A DNA stretch of 64,000 nucleotides from Nemertoderma westbladi (Eukaryota > Animalia > Xenacoelomorpha): contig JAUCBJ010000989.1 in the NCBI GenBank assembly GCA_032718475.1, forward strand, positions 49,339 to 113,338, written 5' to 3'. The position numbers and the translations under genes are program-made. The notes under the pieces were generated by a model. The model was not told the DNA's origin and ran no database searches. It saw only the letters and a list, made by a program, of their open reading frames with translations. Below, one piece after another: positions 1-10,900 of the stretch (the stretch's first letter is position 1; each line of letters opens with the position of its first letter).

Positions 1-693
1 TTGATAACTCCAATAGAAAAGAGTGGAAACAACTTCAATCTGCCTTTCGATTTCTATTCTGTTGTTTCTAAAGCGTTTTTACCCAAAGTCCCCATGGATG
101 CGGACCCAAGTAATATAAAGTCAGACGGAAGAATAAAATTAACGAAACCCGGTTTATCTTTTTACGACGCTAAGGAGATCAATCTCATGTACAGTTGCGC
201 ATTGCATTGCAATTTTGATGCGGTGGTCTGCGACCGACCAGGTTACATAGATAATAATTGCGAGTTTGTTTGTCCAGAAGGAGCTGATTGCGGAAGGACA
301 TGTCCACGATCCGAGCAAACCGGATGTCTGGAGCCGGGATTTGTAGACACCCAATGCCAATGCTACTGCCCCCCAGGTTATCCGCCATGTGAACGAGATT
401 GCGATGTGCAAAGTGTTCACTGCCGTTTCCCTGGTTACATCGGAGAAGACTGCCAATGTGTTTGTCCAGAGGATAACCCTGACTGCGGGACCTACTGCGA
501 TTACGCGAACATCCACTGAGAAGAACCATCGTATATCGATAAGAATTGAAATTGTGTCTGTCCAGAAGATAATTCAGAATGTCAAACAGCTGAACGACAG
601 GGAGGAAACCAGTGTTTACCTGGTGAGTTCCAATGTGATAATGGCCATTGTATTCCACAGGGAGATAAATGTAATAAAGAAAACAATTGTGGT
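1..693 (+). pseudogene. Astacin C-terminus/Cys-rich repeat part of an astacin-LDLa pseudogene, interrupted by BEL copy 1
   Basis: LSFYDAKEINLMYSC (astacin end) then CxxPGY/FxDxxCxCxCP repeats; in-frame TGA at 517 and 547; continues at 19149; uninterrupted paralogue at 28606-30051. Confidence 0.8.
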
Positions 694-1917
694 TGTTCGC
701 GCTTTCAGACCTTTGGCAGTTTAACCCGCCAAATTAGGATGTCTTCTAGATAATAAATCGCTTTTAGCCTCTGACAAGTATTTGATTCACTACACTAGTC
801 GAAACCAATCTGTGCGCGATCATTCACCCGCTGGATATACCCGGGAGATTGACTTCGACGGCTTAATCTTATTGCTATGTAAGCCTAATGTATTATTCGA
901 CTGACAGTATTATATAATCTCTGACAATATTATTCACCTTCGGGGAATATTAACAGTTCCTTTTGGACGTGGCGCTCTATCTATATAAACAGAGCTATGA
1001 CTTAAACTACATGCAACGATATGGCTTAGTTATAATTCACATATATGGCGCATTCTTTAGGAAATGCTTCGTTATCAGTCTCACTCATACACAATGCTGC
1101 ACAATACTGCACACTGATCTGCCGATCTTCACTGATTTTAGTCACATATAAAAGGAACACAGACCGACTCATGTAGGGTCTATCAAATAACATTAGATTC
1201 ACTTCAAACCACTTTAACATAAGTCGCAATCGTTATATGTAACCTGTCTCTCTTACCTTCGGTATATCAAGAATATTGGGTTTTCGGGGTTATTTCTCGT
1301 TATTCCAAATATAATATTTCATCAACCATATAATGAAGAACCGACAGTAAATAGCAGAATAACAATATAAAAGGATGTACGATAAGATATATGCATTGCC
1401 CAGTTGAGTATATTAAGTTAAGACAATCAGATTTGTTTTGATTTGATTTGATAACGGATATATGTCCTTATAATTAAGCCTACTAGTGTTAGGCTAAAAG
1501 CAGAAAAACACAAATATTCCAAAAGCCGTTCTTTCCTGGCTCAGGACCGAAATGTAAACACTGCCCATAATGCATTGCGTGATTTCTAGGAAATTTCTGT
1601 ACAAGAGCAATAAAAACGCTCTGATTGGTTGACTGAACTAAGAGACACCGTAGAACAAAGAAAATCGACACGTATGCAGATCAGCTGTTAACCGTCGTCA
1701 TAGTAACTACTGTTTCACGAGGATCCAGCTACTTTGCGTCATAGAATTGCCATAGAATCACCAACCATGTCTTCCAAAGTACACATACGGAAGAAATAGC
1801 CCTTAGGTCATCCAAAAAACACCGATACAGCAATAATACGGCTTCTTACGCCTACTAAACCAACTACAGAGTATTTTAAGGGAAAAATAACCGGGCAATT
1901 CCGCAAAAGCTTTTACA
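694..1917 (-). repeat. 3' LTR of BEL copy 1
   Basis: Direct repeat of 17925-19148; three substitutions noticed by eye. Confidence 0.97.
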
Positions 1918-1927
1918 CCGCTCCCAG
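1918..1927 (-). promoter_or_regulatory. Polypurine tract of BEL copy 1
   Basis: Element-sense ctGGGAGCGG immediately before the 3' LTR TGTAAAAG; same sequence in copy 2 (57700-57709). Confidence 0.7.
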
Positions 1928-1994
1928 AAAATGGGATTTTCAGTCTATAAAATATAAAAATCACAGTTTCTAAACATAAGGATACTCTAAACAG

Positions 1995-4900
1995 TTAGTC
2001 TTTCTTACGCGGACGGCGTTTACGCAGTTTCTTGAGGTTAGCAAGAGTCCTTTTCTCTTTGGGGCGAGCCACTTTACTAGGAGGGCTGTAGCTCCTAGGC
2101 GAAGGGTGCAATATAATTGCATCAGAAGGTGTAGGGTTACGATCGGTATACCCTCCGGTCGAAGTACCTGGTTGATCGATATCAACCTCAGTGGAACGAG
2201 GTCTAACGGCCTTTAGAGCACGTCTCAGGAAGGCAGCTCCCACGGGTCCCTGACGGGTCGTCTGGACACTAGCGGTGGGTGGACCGTGAGTGGTGAGGAA
2301 CTTTCTCGGTTTAATGGTTCTCTCCAGCTCGCGTTCTCGGGTTCGATATTCATATGGTCGCCGAGATACTTCCTGTAGTCCAGGATGCGAGTTCACAAAG
2401 ATGTCGCCATACTCAGGGTCCTGACGGATAAAATTGATCAGGTGATATGTGGTTATATCATTAGGGTTAACGTTTCTAAGGTATTTTCTGACAAACTTGG
2501 TGGAAATACACTCACCAACACGCTTCATCAACTCATAACTCGGTACGCGTGTTTTCTGTTCAATCGACGCGAATAGATAAGGATGGAACGCGTAAACTCC
2601 CTCGTAAGCTCGTCCAGGGTAATAGTGATGTCGGGATTCGCAATGTAAATCCGCGTTCGCTTCCCAAGCTCGGATGTATCGCAGGGTGATCATCTCGTCT
2701 ACGCTCTCTAAATCGCGATTAAAGGGACAATTGTAACTTTCATGTCCTTTAAGTTGACAGTAGTGACATTGAGTCATAAATTGTGGGCAGACGGCAAAAA
2801 TATGAGAGTTATTAAGTCTGCAATAAGCACAATATATTTCCATCATCGGTTGTTCGAGGAAATAGGAACAAGGTACGTTTGAGTCTAGAGGGGTGAAGTG
2901 GTCTCTCGATGCGCATAATCGACAACGTTTTCGAGAAACATAGTTGGCGTGTCGATAATCGTACGCTGTGAGACGTTGTGGACCTTGATACCACTCTATG
3001 ACATAATCATTATCACTGCTCCGGGAAGCTGTAGGCTGAATCGCTTCTGATTCCAAGCATACTGGCTCATCCTCCAGCTGCATAGTCGAAGTGGGTGCGT
3101 CTGTCTCAGTAAGTGGACCCACTGTCTGTATTTCCACGACAGAATAACCTGTAGGTATTCGGGGTCTTTGTATAACAGATGAATGTAAGTTCTGTATACA
3201 AACGTCTTGAAAAACGGCAAATCCAGCGCTACTCAGTTTCTCCGCAGCTGAGTCTCTCAGACTGAGTTTGGTCAGCGCGCGGTCCTTGAACTGACTATCG
3301 ACGTTACGGAACGGAGTCAGAAAGCGCCGGAAACATTCGAAACGTATAAACTTATTATGTTCGTCTAACTTGGCGAGTTTGGTTCCAAGTATTAATGGAT
3401 GAGCGCGTATGGTACGACTGCACACATCGGCTAGCCAACCGGCAAGTGCTGCGTTTTCAAAGATCGTGTATATAGCTAAGGAAGGGCGAAGTGGAACACT
3501 CATAAAGCTATATACGGCACCAGGCGCAGATAATGGTCCATCAAAATATAAACGAGAGTAATGATCTCCATATACTTGCTGGTAATTGATAGGATTTCCA
3601 ACTTTGAAATTCCATCCATATTCTTGAAAGGCAAGATGTCCGATGGATGTCCGTTGTACTTTAGTAATGCCGCTGGGTGTATTGGCATACATCGTGCGAA
3701 AGAAACCTCGGCCTTCGGCCCAAGGAGCAATCAGCTGAGTATCAACGAAAGGGTATGGAATGTTTTCCATATTCCGAAAGTCGTTTTGGAGATCTCCATA
3801 AACAGCTGAGCCGATTTTCAGGATTTTTTCGTTAAACAACATTTCGAGCACAGGTTGGGGTAACATTGATCCATCGATACCCATGGCCGGTTTGCGCTCG
3901 GTGTCGGTGACGTAACGCTGCGCGAGCTCGAATTGTCCATGTCGAAGTTTCTTTTGTGTCTCCGTAAGAGTTTCAAAAGAATAATCAATCACGTCGGAAC
4001 ACGCTCGAGTGAATACGTGGGTAGAACCAGCGAGTCCTCGTATATGTATCATTCGCGTAGTTCCTAGTTCTCCAACCGGAACGCTACCTTCGTTGTCATA
4101 AGTAACAACGCCATACATCTCGATAACGTTAAGAGTCTCGTTCCATTCCTTAGTGGCGTTTTCGAGAGTCATTCCCACTGGATGCCACAAAGTAGCGCAT
4201 TCGCTAGCATTGGGTAAGTCTCTATACTTTAAGCATTGTGTAGTATAGGTTTCCACATCTCCATATCGTTTTATTCTTTCTTCCTCGAATAACACGTCAA
4301 GATTCCAGTGCACTAATCGAGTTTTAATGAATCCATCAAGATTGTACGGAGGTAATATTTCTTTCTCTATTCTAGAAATATTATACGGTTTTCGAAATGA
4401 GTTTAGTTTAACTAGCTGATCTAGATGTTTTTGTAGTTGTTCGAGTTCGACAAGATCGAGAGGATTGATTAATGGTAGAAACCTCAGACTATGCGTAGGA
4501 TCTTCCGGTTTTACCATGTAATATTGCTTTAAATTGACGTAATAAGGGTGATCCTTAATTCCATAAAATGAGTCCGGCAAAGGTCTAGCGCATATGTTAA
4601 CATCGTGCACCATGCGACGGACAAGATCTGCTCTATTGTCCGGAGGCTCAACGAGTACACCATCGACACGAGCAGCCTCGATGGGTGGACGTTGTAGCAT
4701 GGGAGCGTCAGCAATGAGCTCTTGAGATCTGAGATCGGTATTAACCGGTTGAGGCTGTACCGTAGCAAAGAGCTTGTCTTTAAAATGAGGAACCATCGAG
4801 GGGTGGAGGATCGTTTTGGAATAGAGATCCGTCACGAGAATTTGAGCTTCTGGTTGGGCTAAAGCTGCTTCTTCCCTCTCATTCAGCTCTATATGTCTCT

Positions 4901-6248
4901 CCTCGAGCTGATTTTCCTCCGCTTGTTGTTGCAAGCGCTCGTCCAGGAATTCCTGTAAAGAGTAGGTGCGTCCACGTTCGATGTCCTCCTCTAGATTTTG
5001 TATTTCTCTATCGAACTGGGGTAAAGCTAGTTCTTTCACCGCTTGGACTTGTTGTTGCAATTTACGTTTCTCCAAGCAATCGTAAGTTCCTTTTCCGATT
5101 TTCTGCCGAATAGCGTCCAATGCATTTCGTATCACGCTCTCTTCGACTTCTGTAACAGGTTGGATCGGAGGGAGGCCAGGACGGTTGTAGGGGTTAAACG
5201 GTGATATTAGATGACCGCGTCCTAGTCCAGCGAGGTAAGGTTGGCGAATATCTAACGAACCCACTACCGGAGTGCCACCAATCAACTGTTCAGGTAACAC
5301 TAGATCTTTGAACAGTGAGTACAGCTCGGGAGGATCCGTAATACTATTAGGATCGAGAGTTTGAGGTATCACTTGGGAATGAGGAGGTCTGACCGAGTAT
5401 TCCGGAACTCTGATCATGGGTTTATTCAATGATCGCTTAAGGCGCGCGACCGTAGGTGATACGTCGAAAAGGTTTCGCTCGAAACTCCCATAAGTATATC
5501 GCGTAAAACTGTGTTTAGCGCAACGTCTCCGCGGATGTTTATGCCTTTCGATTTGCTGGTTAGGTCTAGGGCATTCGTCACAGTAATACCAAAGACGCAC
5601 GTCTTGAAGGGGAAACGCGGGTGATCGCTCTCCAGTTTTACAATATTCCTCCATCTGTTCGAAGCTATCTGGAACGACAGGTAGTGGTCGATCGGCGGTA
5701 AGATACATCATCGTAAAATAGAGCCGTTTGAGTTCCATCATAGGGTCTGGATGTATACCTTGAGGATATCGAGTTTCGAGGTTTTGTTGACTGGCAACAT
5801 TGAGATAGGTCTCTCTTAGGAATTCTAGATAATCGTTGAAGTCGCTACGTTTATCAGGTTCTTCAACGTCTTCCCTTTCGAGTCTGTTTCGAATAGAGTT
5901 CTCGTGTTCTATTCTCGATTTATCGTTTCGACTCCGCTGGGTATGATATTTAAATAAAACCATTTCCCTTTCGGTGTCTACATCGTCGGTGTCGTGTAAA
6001 TCAATAGGATGACCAGTAGTCAAGAAGTCCATATACGTACCATTACGATGCGTATAGCGAGCGGTGAATTTTCTATAGTCCAATTCACGCGTAAGTTGCT
6101 CCTGGGACATTGGCGGTTCGATATAACGACCATCGTCCTCCGTAGTAGTTGGATCAGCGTCGCCGCGTATCAAGCTATCGACAAACGCTTGTAAAGGTAG
6201 AGTATATCTCTCCCTGATACCAAGATCATCTTCTATTAATTCAGTCAT
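1995..6248 (-). CDS. BEL ORF2, 1417 aa: putative DEDDy 3'-5' exonuclease + 3 CCHC zinc knuckles + basic C-terminal NLS-like tail
   Basis: ExoI-like VVTYDNEG (~aa 714-721), LPQPVLEMLFNEKILKIGSAVYGDL (ExoII-like), FVDTQLIA, SIGHLAFQEYGWNFK, ExoIII-like YTIFE (~aa 927-931); CRLCASRDH..C, CAYCRLNNSHIFAVC, CHYCQLKGHESYNC; ends KKLRKRRPRKKD; no obvious signal peptide or TM segment. Confidence 0.8.
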   Translation of the reverse strand: MTELIEDDLGIRERYTLPLQAFVDSLIRGDADPTTTEDDGRYIEPPMSQEQLTRELDYRKFTARYTHRNGTYMDFLTTGHPIDLHDTDDVDTEREMVLFKYHTQRSRNDKSRIEHENSIRNRLEREDVEEPDKRSDFNDYLEFLRETYLNVASQQNLETRYPQGIHPDPMMELKRLYFTMMYLTADRPLPVVPDSFEQMEEYCKTGERSPAFPLQDVRLWYYCDECPRPNQQIERHKHPRRRCAKHSFTRYTYGSFERNLFDVSPTVARLKRSLNKPMIRVPEYSVRPPHSQVIPQTLDPNSITDPPELYSLFKDLVLPEQLIGGTPVVGSLDIRQPYLAGLGRGHLISPFNPYNRPGLPPIQPVTEVEESVIRNALDAIRQKIGKGTYDCLEKRKLQQQVQAVKELALPQFDREIQNLEEDIERGRTYSLQEFLDERLQQQAEENQLEERHIELNEREEAALAQPEAQILVTDLYSKTILHPSMVPHFKDKLFATVQPQPVNTDLRSQELIADAPMLQRPPIEAARVDGVLVEPPDNRADLVRRMVHDVNICARPLPDSFYGIKDHPYYVNLKQYYMVKPEDPTHSLRFLPLINPLDLVELEQLQKHLDQLVKLNSFRKPYNISRIEKEILPPYNLDGFIKTRLVHWNLDVLFEEERIKRYGDVETYTTQCLKYRDLPNASECATLWHPVGMTLENATKEWNETLNVIEMYGVVTYDNEGSVPVGELGTTRMIHIRGLAGSTHVFTRACSDVIDYSFETLTETQKKLRHGQFELAQRYVTDTERKPAMGIDGSMLPQPVLEMLFNEKILKIGSAVYGDLQNDFRNMENIPYPFVDTQLIAPWAEGRGFFRTMYANTPSGITKVQRTSIGHLAFQEYGWNFKVGNPINYQQVYGDHYSRLYFDGPLSAPGAVYSFMSVPLRPSLAIYTIFENAALAGWLADVCSRTIRAHPLILGTKLAKLDEHNKFIRFECFRRFLTPFRNVDSQFKDRALTKLSLRDSAAEKLSSAGFAVFQDVCIQNLHSSVIQRPRIPTGYSVVEIQTVGPLTETDAPTSTMQLEDEPVCLESEAIQPTASRSSDNDYVIEWYQGPQRLTAYDYRHANYVSRKRCRLCASRDHFTPLDSNVPCSYFLEQPMMEIYCAYCRLNNSHIFAVCPQFMTQCHYCQLKGHESYNCPFNRDLESVDEMITLRYIRAWEANADLHCESRHHYYPGRAYEGVYAFHPYLFASIEQKTRVPSYELMKRVGECISTKFVRKYLRNVNPNDITTYHLINFIRQDPEYGDIFVNSHPGLQEVSRRPYEYRTRERELERTIKPRKFLTTHGPPTASVQTTRQGPVGAAFLRRALKAVRPRSTEVDIDQPGTSTGGYTDRNPTPSDAIILHPSPRSYSPPSKVARPKEKRTLANLKKLRKRRPRKKD

Positions 6249-6295
6249 ATCTGCTATACGAGTTCACCAATATTATAATGAGTTTATATATTTGT

Positions 6296-6451
6296 TAGGC
6301 GAGCGGGCGTCGCTGCCTACTTCTCCTTTGCCCCCGGACAGTGTGAGATTCTCAGCGCCGATGTACCGCTGTCGCTGTACTTTCGCCAACGACGTAGCCG
6401 TACAACGACAACGATAACCGGCACAAGTCACTCCACTGTCCGTCCCAAAGG
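6296..6451 (-). other. Structured RNA cassette upstream of ORF2 (copy 1)
   Basis: Element-sense nested stems: CCTTTG/CAAAGG, CGGACAGTG/CACTGTCCG, 17-bp TATCGTTGTCGTTGTAC/GTACAGCGACAGCGGTA with G:U pairs, hairpin TAGGCAGCG/CGCTCGCCTA. Confidence 0.6.
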
Positions 6452-7080
6452 CTTAGATGTACTTCAGGTTTTCCTTGGAGAGTTAGGGCTACTTTCACGA
6501 TTGCGACTAGCTACTGTAAACACACTTTAGCAGTAACATTCACCTATAAACTCACAAATACCACACAACTTGTCACAAACTACGCACATTCGGGCCATTT
6601 GTCCGTTAGTCAATGCCTTCCAGAATGTCACTGTATTATTATGTATCCTTGGATACTAGCAGTGCGCTATTTATTCCCTATGCTATTCAATGGGACAAGC
6701 TTTCTATTGTTCTTTTAACTCAATTCTAATTCTAGCGTGGTTGTTGCTATGGTGACATTATGCAAAGCTAGCGGTAGAATTAGGGTAATTCCAATGCATA
6801 CAGATCTGGGATGTTATTTAATAGTAATTCTTTAATGGTCAATGTCCTGTTTTATACATGGCTTTATGAATTTTATCGGCTATTGACTATGTTTGGGAGA
6901 CTTTCGCACACTCATACGCATAATAAGATAAATCTCCGCTCCCTTGATCTATTAATTAATGGAATTTTGGGAATGTTATAAATTGCGTAAAAATGGCAAT
7001 TTATTAAATTCATTAAAAGGCATGAATTTAAATTTATTCCCTGAAATTTTATTATTTGATAATTAAATTGACATATTTTG

Positions 7081-7360
7081 ATTCTAGAACATGTCTGGGG
7101 ACACAAGATCCTTAATTCTATGAAAATTTTCTTTTTAAGAATATCGGTAAATGCTACGATATCTTAATTGACTAGAATTTTTGAAGGATCTGAATTTTAC
7201 AGATTTTGATTTATTAGATTTGCAAATATTAAATAATTAATATTTGAGATGGGCACCAATTTATTCCAGAACTTGTCTGGGGACGTTAACCACTGATTCT
7301 AGAATTTTGTCTTTCAAGTATATCGGTGGGTGACACAATATCTTAATCGACTAGAATTAC
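7081..7360. repeat. Two imperfect ~100-bp direct repeats in the pol-ORF2 spacer
   Basis: attctagaacatgtctggggac...atatcttaattgactagaatt at 7081 and attccagaacttgtctggggac...atatcttaatcgactagaatt at 7263; also in copy 2 (~52255-52535). Confidence 0.7.
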
Positions 7361-7906
7361 AGATGGTCAAAAGGTTTAACAGATTTATTTGCGTTTTACG
7401 CTACTGTTATAGGGACATCACGCTACTATATGTATTATTTAATATAAGGTAGAAGAGCAATATCGCACGAAGCAATGTCAGTGTGAAGAGGCAAGTCGTT
7501 TCCAAGGTCTACCCAGAGCTTGGTTTAGCCGAGACACGAGGATCTGAACTTTGCATTCCTAATACTCTGCCTACCAATAATACTTGAATATAGTAGTGGC
7601 TTTATTGTACTTTAATAAGTACGGACATTTCATCTTACTGTAGTCACGCATTTATAATATGATACGGACAGTAAGGAAAGAGAAAAATACTTGTTTCTCA
7701 CCGTCACACTAAATATAATATAAGTAATTACGTACGCAATAAACACGAATATATTGCACTATTCTACTAAATAATCGCTAAATAATATTCTACTAAATAA
7801 AATTAAATAAAACGATTATAATAAAATTACATAGTAATACATACATAAATATAAAAATAATAAAATAATATAAAATAATAGAGTCACACGCCCACTCCGA
7901 ACGATA

Positions 7907-10900
7907 TTAAGTTGGGGAGCCCCTAGATGTCGGTTGGATTAGGGAAGTGGTCGTGGGAAGAGTTTCTTGCCTTCCATAGTTTCCGGAGAGCTCTCTGTCT
8001 CTTTCCAGTAAACATAAACGACCCACTGGGCGGTTGAGCTGTTGAGTCTCAAAGACTATCCCTGGTTTCTTAAAGTTACGCCGCATGACGACGAGTTCTA
8101 CTGATCGCACCAAACCATCGCTCGAGATATGAGTCTCGATGATACGACCTGTTTGCCATCGCTTACGTGGGAGATCGGGGTCCACAATAAGCACCATGTC
8201 TCCAGCGCTGACGTTTTCTTGCTGCGCAAACCACTTAGTTCGAAGTTGTAGAGTGGGCAGATAATGTTTCTCGAAATGGTCAGCGAAACGACGGGATAGC
8301 AACTGCATAAGTTGCCAGGTTCGACGGCAGTACTCGTCTCCGTCTGTGATCTCCGATCGTGGGAGCATGGCTACGGGTTTCTTCAGTAGAAAGTGCGCGG
8401 GTGTTAGCGCTTCCAGGGAATCAGGACTTGAAGAGACTGGCATAAGCGGTCTTTCGTTGAGATAGGCGGCGATTTCCTCCATTAACGTCCGCAATAGTTC
8501 GTCGGTGAGATAAGCGCGACAAGGTACGATAAAGTGGAACGCAGTCTTCACGCTCCTAATCAATCTCTCCCAACTTCCTCCCCACCAAGGGGCATCGGCG
8601 GCGTTGAAGGTCCAGCTAGACGCTGTTATCTTTAGCTGATCGTCCACCTGTCTTTGGTTCCAGTCCTTTACGTAAGCTTGAATTTCGTTGTTGGCGCCAA
8701 TGAAGTTCGTTCCCTTATCCGATCTCATCGTGTTACTAGTTCCGAAGCGAGCGATCTGCCGTCGTAAACTTAACACAAAGCTGTTGGTAGATAGATCGTT
8801 CACCATATCGAGATGGATAGCTCTACAAGTCATACAAACGAAGATGACACACCATCTCTTGACTATAGTCCTGGCACGATATACTTCAATAGGGCCAAAT
8901 AAATCCACACCGGTATTATTAAAGGGTGGTTCATAGAAGCTTACTCTTTCCCTAGGTAATTCTGCCTCTCGCTGTGTTAAAGGCCTACTGAATGCTTTCC
9001 TACAGGGTATGCAGTTCCTAAGAACTTGGTTCAGAGCTCTACGAGGTTTATAAAAATAGTAGCGAGTTCGAATTTCGCTAAGCACTCGTTCTCTACCAGC
9101 ATGGTACAGTTTGCTATGGACATCTACAATCATCTTGATTTGTATGTCAAGATTTCTAATGAGTATGGGAAACTTAGTGTCAAAGGATAATGGGGCGTTG
9201 GTAAGCCTTCCTCCAACACGTATTAACCCATCTATCATTGTACTAGAGAAGCGATCCCTTAAGCGCATCTGCGGATTTCTTAACAACAGGAAATACTTAT
9301 CGGAATCCTCATAGCATTGTAGGAGTCTCAGCATCTGTTTGTTGGTTTCATCATGCTCCTGGTAACTGATCTTCTCCTTTAGAAACCTGTCGGATATCTT
9401 GTATTTGGGAAGATCTTTAACAACATGGACTCGTGCAGATGTCGATGGAGCATCATCACTATTGGTCTTTGTCCTGGAGTAACGATGATGAAAACATCGT
9501 TTTAAATATGTGACGGCTTTACAGAGCCGATTCCAGGAACTGTAGTGACGTATCGCTCTCTGCAGGAGAGGTGAGAGTCCTTGCGAGATATCTGGTATTC
9601 CAGATTTCCAATCCTTGTCACGGATTTCCAAGACTTCTTTATTCGTGGCGGTGGGTTTCTTATCCAAAGCATCATCTCCGGAAGTAAATAATACAGATAG
9701 ATCAACCGCAGGTTTAAACAATTTCGATTTACTCGCTCGAGTTTTAGGTTTAACTTTCTCCGCTCCCTTGGCCTGTCTGATCTCTGCTGTTGTGAGATGG
9801 GGAGGCCATTCTTCTTCTTCTCTGTAGAGGAAGTCGGGTCCACCTAACCATTCGGGAGTATTTACCAATTCCTTTGGAGTCGCTCCCCTGGAAGCGATGT
9901 CTGCTGGATTAATCATTCCGGGGCAATGTCTCCATTGATCCATCGTCGTGCGACTAAGTATGATGGCTACTCTGTTGGTAACGAAGACGCTGAACTGACA
10001 GACTTCATTGGTTATATACTCTAACACGAGTAAAGCATCGGTCCAATAGACAGTTTTCTCTAATGGATAGTCAATCTGTTCTGTTACATTCCGGCCGATG
10101 GCTGTAGCGTATAGAGCCGCCTTTAACTCCGCTCGATGAACTTTCAACTTGTTGTTGATTAATGCCTTAGAAGTAACCAAGGCGACTTTGATTCCATCCG
10201 TAGTTTCCACTCTTAGGTAGGCTACTATACCTATTCCCATATCGCTGGCGTCTCCAAACACATGGAGTTGATAGGAATACGTAGGGAGAACATGACCAAA
10301 ATATGAACGGGAAATTATAAAATCCTCGATAGCCGGCAGAGAATCTTCCCATTTCATCCACTTCTTTAATAATTCTCCCTTAAGTGGATCGTCCCATGAG
10401 TGGTTTGCCAGCCACATTTGTTGTACCAAACTCCGTGCAATCAATATAACTGGGCTAATAAATCCTAATGGATCGAAATAAGTGCTCAGTATACTTAAAC
10501 AAATCCGTTTGGTTCGAACTGGATTATCTCGCTGTTTTAGCTGGAAAAACAGGATATCTGTGTCCCATTTCAAGCCGAGTGTCTTGGTTTCTGGCAGATC
10601 ATCTTTGATCAAATCTAGATCTTTTGCCCCTCGATCTTCCGCAGGGATCGACTCCAGAAACTCACGGGAGTTGCTGGTGAATTTCGTTAATCGAAACCCA
10701 CCTCCTTTTAAGCACTCTACCGTTCCTTTAGCGACCTCAATGGCTTCTTCAACTGATGGAAGGGACTTCAGGTTATCGTCCATGTATATGTCCCGTTTGA
10801 TGTTGTCGATCACTTCCTTAGAGAAGGCTTCTCGGTTGTCATCTGCAGTGGTACGCACTACCGAACAGGCGTTGGAAGGGCTTGAGATTATCCCAAAGGC

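Noticed and set aside
963-1671. Short ORFs inside the BEL LTRs (also 18194-18902, 40382-40932, 58046-58596)
   Set aside because: 60-76 codons, no motifs, mostly non-ATG starts; they recur only because the LTRs are repeated.
1995-6248. ORF2 as an envelope gene
   Set aside because: Right position, but no signal peptide, TM anchor or glycoprotein-like Cys pattern; it has nuclease-like motifs, zinc knuckles and a basic tail instead.
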